A DNA stretch of 64,000 nucleotides, taken from contig CATNEN010000031.1 of assembly GCA_950097015.1 (NCBI GenBank), forward strand, positions 2,852,001 to 2,916,000, written 5' to 3'. This DNA comes from Macrostomum hystrix (taxonomy: Eukaryota; Animalia; Platyhelminthes). This document shows positions 24,335 to 35,000 of the stretch, in pieces. Under the pieces are notes generated by a model, which had not been told where the DNA came from, made no database searches, and saw only the letters and a list, made by a program, of their open reading frames with translations. The first letter of the stretch is position 1. Every line of letters starts with the position of its first letter. A program made the translations under genes and the position numbers.

Positions 24335-26690
24335 TGTCCAACAGTTTTTTAAATGTCCAACAGTTTTTTAAATGTCCTACAGTTTTCTACATGTGTTTAC
24401 CAGTATTCTAAACGTGTTTACCAGTATTCTAAAAGTGTTTACCAGTTTTCTACATGTGTTTACCAGTATTCTAAAAGTGTTCACCAGTATTCTAAAAGTG
24501 TTTACCAGTATTCTAAATGTGTTTACCAGTATTCTAAAAGTGTTTACCAGTATTCTTAAAGTGTTTACCAGTATTCTAAAAGTGTTTACCAGTATTCTAA
24601 ATGTGTTTACCAGTATTCTAAAAGTGTTTACCAGTATTCTAAAAGTGTTTACCTTTTTAGTTTTTTAAATGTCCAACTTTTTTTTTTAATTGTCCTACAG
24701 TTTTCTACATGTGTTTACCAGTATTCTAAATGTGTTTACCAGTATTTTAAATGTGTTTACCAGTATTCTAAAAGTGTTTACCAGTTTTCTAAATGTGTTT
24801 ACCAGTATTCTAAATGTGTTTACCAGTATTCTAAATGTGTTTACCAGTATTCTAAATGTGTTTACCAGTATTCTAAAAGTGTTTACCAGTATTCTAAATG
24901 TGTTTACCAGTATTTTAAATGTGTTTACCAGTATTCTAAATGTGTTTACCAGTATTCTAAATGTGTTTACCAGTATTCTAAATGTGTTTACCAGTATTCT
25001 AAAAGTGTTTACCAGTATTCTAAATGTGTTTACCAGTATTTTAAATGTGTTTACCAGTATTCTAAATGTGTTTACCAGTATTCTAAATGTGTTTACCAGT
25101 ATTCTAAATGTTTTTACCAGTAGTCTAAATGTGTTTACCAGTATTCTAAAAGTGTTAACCAGTTTTCTAAATGTGTTTACCAGTATTCTAAATGTGTTTA
25201 CCAGTATTCTAAATGTGTTTACCAGTATTCTAAATGTGTTTACCAGTATTCTAAAAGTGTTTACCAGTATTCTAAATGTGTTTACCAGTATTCTAAAAGT
25301 GTTTACCAGTATTCTAAATGTTTTTACCAGTAGTCTAAATGTGTTTACCAGTATTATAAATGTGTTTACCAGTTTTCTAATTGAGTTTACCAGTTTTCTA
25401 AATGTGTTTACCTGTTTTCAAAATGTGTTTACCAGTATTTTAAATGTGTTTAACATTTTTCTAAAAGTCTTCAACTGTTTTCTAAAAGTGTTTAACCGTT
25501 TTCTAAATGTATTTATCAGTTTTCTAAATGTATTTATCAGTTTTCAAAATGTGTTTACCAGTATTCTAAATGTGTTTAACATTTTTCTAAAAGTCTTCAA
25601 CTGTTTTCTAAAAGTGTTTACCTGTTTTCAAAATGTGTTTACCTGTTTTCAAAATGCGTTTACCAGTATTTTAAATGTGTTTAACATTTTTCTAAAAGTC
25701 TTCAACTGTTTTCTAAAAGTGTTTAACCGTTTTCTAAATGTATTTATCAGTTTTCTAAATGTATTTATCAGTATTCTAAATGTGTTTACCAGTATTCTTA
25801 ATGTGTTTAACATTTTTCTAAAAGTCTTCAACTGTTTTCTAAAAGTGTTTAACCGTTTTCTAAATGTATTTATCAGTTTTCTAAATATATTTATCAGTTT
25901 TCAAAATGTGTTTACCAGTTATTCTAAATGTGTTTAACATTTTTCTAAATGTGTTTACCAGTTTTCTAAATGTGTTTATCAGTTTTCTAAATGTGTTTAC
26001 CAGTTTTCTAAATGTGTTTATCAGTTTTCTAAATGTGTTTACGAGTATTCTAAATGTGTTTAACAGTTTTCTAAATGTCTTTAACAGTTTTGTAAATGTG
26101 TCCAACAGTTTTTAATGTGTTTACATAGTTTTCTAAATGTGTTTACCAGTATTATAAATGTGTTTAACAGTTTTTAAATGTGTCCAACAGTTTTCTAAAA
26201 GTGTTTAACCGTTTTCTAAATGTGTTTAACAGCTTTCTAAATGTGTCTAAAAGTTTTTTAATGTGTTTATAGGTTTCTAAATGTGTTCAACAGTTTTCGC
26301 AATGTGTTTAACATTTTTCTAAATGTGTTTACCTGTTTTCTAAATGCGTTTTCCAGTGTTCTAAATATGTTTAACAGTTTTCTAAATCCGTTTTCCAGTA
26401 TTCTAAATGTTTTTTTCCAGAATTCTAAATGTGTTTATCAGTTTTCTAAACGTTTATATTAGTTTTCTAAATGTGTTTAACATTTGTCTAAAAGTGTTTA
26501 ACTGTTTTCTAAATGTGTTTATCAGTTTTCTAAATGTGTTAAATAGTTTTTTAAAGGTGTAAATCGTTTTTCAAAATGTTTCCAGTAGTTTTTTAATGTG
26601 TTTAATAATTTTCTAAATGATTTCAAGAGTTTTCTAAATGTGTCCAGTAATTACCGCTTTTCTAAATGCGTCTAAAAGTTTTTTAATTCG
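24335..26690. repeat. 21-bp AT-rich minisatellite (TTTACCAGTATTCTAAATGTG), degenerating rightwards
   Basis: Direct periodicity. Confidence 0.95.
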
Positions 26691-26719
26691 TTTATTGGTT
26701 AAAAATGGTTATTTGCTGC

Positions 26720-27285
26720 TGGTGGGATTAGTTCTCTGCTGCAGGGGGGGGATTAGTTCTCTGCTGCAGGGGGGGAATTAGTTCTCTGCTGCTGGGGGGA
26801 ATTAGGGGGGGAATTAGTTCTCTGCTGCTGAGGGGAATTAGGGGGGAATTAGTTCTCTGCTGCTGAGGGGAATTAGGGGGGAATTAGTTCTCTGCTGCTG
26901 AGGGGAATTAGGGGAGAATTAGTTCTCTGCTGCTGGGGGGGGAATTAGGGGGGAATTACTGCTGGGGGGAATTAGTTCTCTGCTGCTGAGGGGAATTAAG
27001 GGGGAATTAGCTCTCTGCTGCTGGGGAGAATTAGTTCTCTGCTGCTGGGGGGAATTAGGGGGAATTAGTTCTCTGCTGCTGGGGGGAATTAGTTCTCTGC
27101 TGCTGTGGGGAATTAGTTCTCTACTGCTGGGGGGAATTAGTTCTCTGCTGCTGGGGGGAATTAGGGGGGAATTAGTTCTCTGCTGCAGGGGGGAAATTAG
27201 TTCTCTGCTGCTGGGGGGAATTAGGGGGGAATTAGTTCTTTGCTGCAGGGGGGAAATTAGTTCTCTGCTGCTGAGGGGGGGGACA
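26720..27285. repeat. G-rich minisatellite (GGGGGAATTAGTTCTCTGCTGCT, variable length)
   Basis: Direct periodicity. The reverse complement of a related unit occurs at 39385-39600. Confidence 0.9.
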
Positions 27286-28219
27286 TTCGTTTTTTATTGC
27301 TGAGGGGATAGTATTCACATGTACCCCAGTAGCATTAAGCTGAGTTGTATCAAACGGAAGTTACTTGGGTTATTTTTGCCCCAATGGGGCTCTTGGTGTA
27401 CTGACCGAATGTCTCAGAATGTATTCAAGCTCAGCCTGACTATTTTTGTATTTAGTGAGAATTCTGATTCTCGTTGACTCGCAATAACGTATATTCGCAA
27501 TCAGGGAAATTATGACTGACGAAATGAGTTTACGTTTTTGTTTGCTTTCAGGTGTTTTATCCTTCTGCATTGCACAAGATTTTTTTGTCTGACCAGTAGT
27601 GCTCCCCGAAGGGGGGCAAAACTTGCTAGTCTAATATACTAAAAATGAACTGTTTACTTACTTGGTTGTAATTGATTTTCTCCCGAACGGCTCAACCGAT
27701 TTTCACCATTTCTTCACCAAAAGATGCCAAATATGGGGACAATTTTACACGTATTTTTATTAAGCCTAACTTTATTGCTAAAGGGATTAAATATTCGAAA
27801 AACATGATTTTTCAAAGGTCAAACCATCTTGGCCTATTGAGAATTTTACTCACTGCCGCTGAATTGGAATTGCATCGTCAAATTGCGCAACACCCCCTCG
27901 CTGACTGAGTTAGAAGCCTGCACTCTGGAGACAAATTTGAAATAAATGTACACAACCAACCGCGAGACTGAGTGTACTCTATTTTCTCACTTCATTGTAC
28001 AAAGCCAGAACTTTGAGAATTCATTTTATAAGGCTGATTTTTGCACCCACCAACCAACAGTCGGAATAGCCGATGTGTAGGCACTAGGAATAGGTTATAG
28101 GCTAGGCTAGGGTTCGATTCTGCACTGCGTCAAATCATTTAGACTACTTTTCAGCCAGTAGTGATTGAAGATTATTTTGATTTTTTTTTTCATTTCGTAA
28201 ATAAAATATCATAAATCAT

Positions 28220-28935
28220 AGCAAACCTGAGTTTGAATCATGGCAAAAATAGAGCTTGAATCATGGCTAAACCAGCGTCTGAATCATGGCTAAACCAGAG
28301 TTTGAATCATGGCAAAAATAGAGCTTGAATCATGGCTAAACCAGAGTTTGAATCATGGCAAAACCAGAGTCTGAATCATGGCTAAACCAGAGTTTGAATC
28401 ATGGCTAAACCAGGGTCTGAATCATGGCTAAAACAGAGTTTAAATCATGGCTAAACCAGAGTCTGAATCATGGCTAAACCAGAGTTTGAATCATGGCTAA
28501 ACCAGGGTCTGAATCATGGCTAAACCAGAGTCTGAATCATGGCTAAACCATAGTCTGAATCATGGCTAAACCAGAGTCTGAATCATGGCAAAACCAGAGT
28601 CTGAATCATGGCTAAAACAGAGTTTAAATCATAGCTAAACCAGCGTCTGAATCATGGCTAAACCAGCGTCTGAATCATGGCTAAACCAGAGTCTGAATCA
28701 TGGCTAAACCAGCGTCTGAATCATGGCTAAACCAGCGTCTGAATCATGGCTAAACCAGAGTCTGAATCATGGCTAAACCAGAGTCTGAATCATGGCTAAA
28801 CCAGAGTCCGAATCATGGCTAAACCAGAGTTTGAATCATGGCTAAACCAGAGTTTGCATCATGGCTAAACCAGAGTCTGAATCATGGCTAAACCAGAGTC
28901 TGAATCATGGCTAAACCAGCGTTTGAATCATGGCA
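28220..28935. repeat. 23-bp minisatellite (CTAAACCAGAGTCTGAATCATGG)
   Basis: Direct periodicity, ~30 copies. Confidence 0.95.
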
Positions 28936-29084
28936 AAATTTTTCTTTTGTCATTGAATTGAATTTTGAGTTTGTTATCTCATAACGTCATAATGATATAA
29001 TTTGTATGATAAATATTTTGCCTAATAATCATTTAATTGTTGTTCTTCTCAATTTTCTACAAAAGAAGCTAATATAAAAATTAA

Positions 29085-30560
29085 CTGGGCAACATTGTCA
29101 ACTGGGCATCATCATCAATAAGGAGTCCTCATCAAATGGGGGATCATTGTCAACTGGGGGATCATTGTCAACTGGGGGATCATTGTCAACTGGGTGATCA
29201 TTGTCAACTGGGGGATCATTGTCAACTGGGGATCATTGTCAACTGGGGGATCATTGTCAACTGTGAGATCATTGTCAACTGGGGGATCATTGTCAACTGG
29301 GGGATCATTGTCAACTGGGTGATCATTGTCAACTGGGGGATCATCATCAACTGGGGGATCATTGTAAACTGGGGGATCATTGTCAACTGTGGGATCATTG
29401 TCAACTGGGGGATCATTGTCAACAAGGGGATCATTGTGAACTGGGGGATCATTGTCAACTGGGGATCATTGTCAACTGGGGGAACATTGTCAACTGGGGG
29501 ATCATTGTCAACTGGGGGATCATTGTCAACTGGGTGATCATTGTCAACTGGGGGATCATTGTCAACTGAGGGATCATTGTCAACTGGGGTATCATTATCA
29601 ACTGGGGGATCATTGTCAACTTGGGAATGATTGTCAAATGGGTGTTCATTGTCAACTGGGGGATCATTGTCAACTGGGAGATCATTGTCAACTGGGGGAT
29701 CATTGTCAACTGGGGGATCATTGTCAACTGGGGTATCATTATCAACTGGGGGATCATCATCAACTGGGTGATCATTGTCAACTGGGGGATCATTGTCATC
29801 TGAGGGATCATTGTCAACTGGGGTATCATTATCAACTGGGGGATCATTGTCAACTGGGGAATGATTGTCAAATGGGTGTTCATTGTCAACTGGGGGATCA
29901 TTGTCAACTGGGAGATCATTGTCAACTGGGGGATCATTGTCAACTGTGGGATCATTGTCAACTGGGGGATCATTGTCAACTGGGTGATCATTGTGAACTG
30001 GGGGATCATTGTCAACTGGGGATCATTGTCAACTGGGGGATCATTGTCAACTGGGGGATAATTGTCAACTGGGGGATCATTGTCAACTGTGAGATCATTG
30101 TCAACTGGGTGATCATTGTCAACTGGGGGATCATTGTCAACTGGGGGATCATTGTAAACTGGGGGATCATTGTCAACTGTGAGATCATTGTCAACTGGGG
30201 GATCATTGTCAACTGGGGGATCATTGTCAACTGGGTGATCATTGTCAACTGGGGGATCATCATCAACTGGGGGATCATTGTCAACTGTGGGATCATTGTC
30301 AACTGGGGGATCATTGTCAACAAGGGGATCATTGTGAACTGGGGGATCATTGTCAACTGGGGATCATTGTCAACTGGGGGTTCATTGTCAACTGGGGGAT
30401 CATTGTCAACTGGGGGATCATCATCAACTGGGGGATCATTGTCAACTGGGGATCATTGTCAACTGGGGGTTCATTGTCAACTGGGGGATCATTGTCAACT
30501 GGGGGATCATCATCAACTGGGGGATCATTGTCAACTGGGGGATCATTGTCAACTGGGGGT
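29085..30560. repeat. 18-bp minisatellite (AACTGGGGGATCATTGTC)
   Basis: Direct periodicity. Confidence 0.95.
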
Positions 30561-31370
30561 TTATTTTAGCTTTAAAAAGCTGTAAATTCAGCTGCTAAAC
30601 AGTATATACAAGACGAATTAAAAATATTTCTGCTCCCCGAAGGGGGGCAAAACATGCTAGTCTTCTAGCTATAGATCTAATGAGTCGAAATGGCCTAATC
30701 TGCAATTAATTGTACGAAACTACACTCAAAAAATGTATCAATGTAATAACACCTCAATGAAAATAGAATTTGTCTCTCTGATTCTTCTATTAAATTCAAC
30801 TTTAAAGATGATATGAATATGTGCATATATGTATTATATTCAAGTAATTGCACAACGTATATATTTTTCGTTTTTACGAGCGTAATAATGCGCCATACGT
30901 GTAATTTCACAATTACATAATCTCTATTTACACTTTCTCCATAATCATTTAACTTTAAACACAGTTTTTCAGTACTTATCTAATCCTTCTCAATAAAAGT
31001 GTCATAATTGCTTCAACATCAACGTGCAAAATCTAATTAGCTCCAGTCTGCAGCTTTGATCGACAGCTGCTCACAAAAATTATCTGCATATTATTGTATA
31101 AGGCTTAGTGGTTGAAGCAAAATTGTTTATTATAGCAAGCAATTATATCTAAACCCTAGTTAAATTTTGTGTGTTTTCAAGACCAATCGCAACTAATGAT
31201 AGTTGTTTTGTGCAGTAAGATTTAATTCAACGTGTTAAAGAAATCGCGCGTCACAATTAGCTTACAAAATGTACACAAATACATGTGCGGTTCCATTTTG
31301 ACCTGAATTAAGAACATTCAAAGTGACGGAAATTTCGAGCGATAACTTTACCAGCAGTAAAATATTAATT

Positions 31371-31675
31371 ATGACCAATTTCGTGATTTTAATTTGCCCT
31401 GTCTGCTATGTTTATATCCGCCACAGACTTTACAAAGTTGACGCTGTGCCGAGAAGCTCGAGATTGTGCCAACTCGCCTGCTCAGCGGCTGATGATCCGA
31501 TCTGCTGCGCTGGCGGTGTCACAGCTAAGAACTTCTGTCACGCCCACAGATAAATATATAACAGTTATATATTATCTGTGGTCACGCCTGGTGCCTCGGT
31601 GTCAGCGAAGCCTGTTGGCCCGGGCCCTGCCAGCTAGATATGGGAGGCCACAGAGCAGATGCCGAGATCCGCTGA
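31371..31675 (+). pseudogene. Small secreted 8-Cys Kazal-like protein, disrupted by a 44-bp footprint
   Basis: Removing the 36-bp hairpin plus one TSD restores LCQLACSAADDPICCAGGVTAKNFCHAWCLGVSEACWPGPCQLD..R-stop. The insertion introduces an in-frame TAA and a frameshift. Confidence 0.75.
31545..31580. mobile_element. 36-bp hairpin with 8-bp TSD: probable P-superfamily excision footprint or minimal element
   Basis: CACAGATAAATATATAAC-A-GTTATATATTATCTGTG, flanked by GTCACGCC at 31537-31544 and 31581-31588. Confidence 0.8.
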
Positions 31676-32035
31676 ACTGCATGTGTGGGCCACCTTCAGC
31701 CTGACTAACCGCGACGGCGGTAGAGCACTGCAAGAAGCACACGCGGCTATGATATGTCGAGATGAGGGAAGCTTGCAGTAATATTAAGTGGAGTCGGTAA
31801 ACCCGCAAGGGCTGTTTCGCTTGGAAGTTGCTTAATTTGTGCAACTGAATAAAGCTTGTGAAGTGCATGAATATGTATTTTCAATTCGTACGATAAATTT
31901 ATATAGAATATAAAATCATGCACTACTGCAGGTGTATATAAACAGGATGCTTAGGTGCATGCTTTCATGGTTTAGTAAATTTCATGCGTTAACTCGACAT
32001 AAATTTTAATGATTATTTATATGGTTATGGGTAAC

Positions 32036-35000
32036 TGTTGTGGGTTTCGTTACGATAATTCCGTAAATAGTTTTCCAGAACTTTCTACCACTTGTTATAA
32101 CACTCTGTTGTTTCCAGAATCTTCTCTGCGCCTCCCCCGCGGGCTATCTATGAGAACTTTCTAGAAAGTTCTCCCACTCGCTCCCCAGGCTATAAATAGA
32201 AACCCCCGCGCGGTGCACACACTCAAAAACTTTCCAGTATTTAATAATACTGCTGTTACAAATATACGCTTATCCAGTCGACTGCCGAGTGCTCCTTTCG
32301 GCGCTATACTTACATTTACCAACACTACAATTGGAATCTCTGTATTCGTTACTTCAAGAATACAACAGGGATTTTCTGGCGTCGCAAGCAGGATCTTGAT
32401 CAACTTCGAGGACGTCTAATCTACAACGACTGTCACTATTGACCGAAGGATCAAGCTACTACAATCATGCCCGAAACGATGCAAGACGAGGATATAATCA
32501 GCCTCCTACGGCAGCAGATGGAAGAAGAGCGCCAACAGCGGAACGCTGACCGGCAGATGATGCTCGACCTCATTCGGTCTCTAAAGCCTGCAGCGGACCA
32601 GTCCCAGGCTGCAGCTTTGCCGACACATGTGACGACGTCGACTCCGGGTTTCTCGCCATTCGACGCCACGTCCGAGCTCTGGCCCGACTACTTGGCCAGA
32701 TTCTGCACCTTCACGGGCGCGAACTCCATACCCGACGACAAGAAGGCTCAGGTGTTCCTGACGAACCAGTCTCCGTCTGTCTACAAGCTTCTCTCAAACT
32801 TGGCAGCGCAGCAGACGCCGCGGAAGGAGATCAACAAGCTCACTATGGACGAGATTGAGAAGTTCATGGAAGAACAGTATGACACCAAGCGCTTCATCGT
32901 GCGGGAGCGTTTCCGGTTCTGGAGCGACATGCGGCGGAAACCGGGTGAGACGATCCAGGAAATGGCTGCGAGAATCCGCCAGGATGCAACCACCTGCGAT
33001 TTCTCTTCCATCAAAGATCCACTGGACGAGGCGCTGCGCACGCGTTTCATCTGCTCAGTGAGGAACGAAGCAGTACTCAAAGCTTTGTTCAAATTAAAGG
33101 TGGAAGAGCTCACGTTCGCCCGGGCTGTCGAGATCGCCATCGAGACAGAGGAAGCCGCCCGAGTCGCCAAGGAGACGGTTTACGGCGACAAATCCAGCCC
33201 CGTAAACAAGGTTAAGCAGAAGGTTCGGCGACCCGGAGCCACTTCGGCGAAATTTACGACAGATTCTACTGCTTCCAGGTCTACTACTGACTCTGCGTCT
33301 GGTTCGTGCTACCGCTGCGGAGCGAAGAACCATCGGGCAAACGATTGCCGATTCAAAGACGCGACCTGCCGGCACTGCAAAAAGGTGGGTCACCTAGAAT
33401 CTGTCTGCCGTTCCAAGGCCAAAGGATCTGCCCCTGCGGCGAACTTCAAGAAGCCAGTGAAACAGGTCGAGGAGCATGTGCTTGTACATGCTGTAGCCCG
33501 AACCGAGGACGACCTGCCTAAGCTGGAAGTGTCGATCCACATCCAAGGCAAGGCTCTCGCCATCGAGGTCGACACTGCGACAAACGGCAACTTCATCACA
33601 GAGTCATTCTGGAAGAAGCTGGGGACGCCGCCGCTCGAAGTAGCGATGTCACGCTACGAGTCCGCCAGCCGACACGACTTACCTGTACTAGGTACCTTCG
33701 TCGGGAAAACGACATTGCCTGGCTCAGCTCCTGAGCACGACATCCAGTACATCGTCACACAGGTGCCCGGCTTGAATCTACTCGGCCGGACCGCCACGAA
33801 GCTGTTGGGAATCTCCGTCGACAAACTGCTCGGCGCTGCCAGCGCCATTCAAGAAGTCAACGCAGTGTTTGACCACCTGCCGCCGGACGAGGCTCTTCAA
33901 AAGGCCTGCCGAAATCTTTGCGACGAATTCCCGGACCTGTGGAAGGACGAGCTGGGTTGCCTCAAGGACTTCAAGCTCGAGTTGCAGTTTAACCCGGATG
34001 CAAAGCCGGTGTTCCGGAAGGCTAGGCCTGTCCCCTTCGCCATCCGCGAGGAGCTCGAGCGCGCCTACGACGAGGGCATCAGGAGAGGCATCTGGGAGCC
34101 TACTGACTTCAATGACTACGGGACGCCCGTGGTCCCCGTGCGAAAGCCCTCGACCGGCTCAGAGCAGCCGAAACTGCGAGTCTGCGGAGACTACTCGTGC
34201 ACTATCAACCCGCAGCTGGAAGACAACCGTCACCCGCTGCCCCTCCCAGAGGAACTGCTACAGAAGCTGGGAGGCAGCTACTGCTTCTCAAAGGTAGATC
34301 TGGCCGACGCCTACAACCAGATCGAGTTGGGACCGATGAGTCAGAGGCGCCTGGCACTGAGCACCCACCGGGGTGTGCTTCTTCAGAAGCGGCTCGCTTT
34401 CGGCCCGAAGTCTGCAGTGGGTGAGTTCCAGTTCATCATGGAAATGGTAGCCGGTGATCTGCCCGGAGTCGTTTTCTACTTGGACGACTACCTGGTCGGC
34501 GGCGCGACCGCTGATGAGCATCTCGCAAACCTACGCCGGCTTTTCCAACGCCTTTCTGACAAGGGAGTTCGCTGCCGACGGGAGAAGTGCAAATTCGCCA
34601 TGCCCAGCATCGAGTACCTTGGCTATGTACTGTCAAAAGAAGGCATCGCCAAGGGAACCAAGGTGGACGCTGTCCGCGAAAGGCCTCCACCAAAGGACGT
34701 GTCCAGCCTCCGGTCATTCCTCGGCTCGGTCCAGTTCTACGCGAAGTTTCTGCCGCCAAGCATGGCCACGATCTCCGAGCCGCTGTACCGGCTCACCAGG
34801 AGGGACACACCGTGGACCTGGAAAGACGCAGAGCAGCGGGCCTTCGACCAGATCAAGGAGGAGCTCTCGTCGGACAACGTGCTGGTCCACTACAATGCCG
34901 ACCTCCCTCTCGGGCTCTCCTGCGACGCATCCAACGTCGGGATCGGCGCCGTCCTGTTCCACCGCTACCCGGATGGTAGCGAGCGGCCGATCGCCAACGC

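Larger units (their letters stand above)
23807..27629 (+). mobile_element. Non-autonomous Helitron, stack unit 4
   Basis: TATATACTAAAAATG start (slightly altered) and the family motif CTCCCGAACGGCTCAACCGATTTT. Unit-1-type hairpin plus CTAG end. Confidence 0.8.
27630..30660 (+). mobile_element. Non-autonomous Helitron, stack unit 5
   Basis: TCTAATATACTAAAAATG start. Hairpin plus CTAG^T end. Carries a tRNA-like block and the 23-bp and 18-bp arrays. Confidence 0.87.

Noticed and set aside
21193-30598. Many LGDHCQ / NWGIIV / FTSILNV repeat ORFs
   Set aside because: 18- and 21-bp minisatellites inside Helitrons, open in several frames at once with frequent frame switches.
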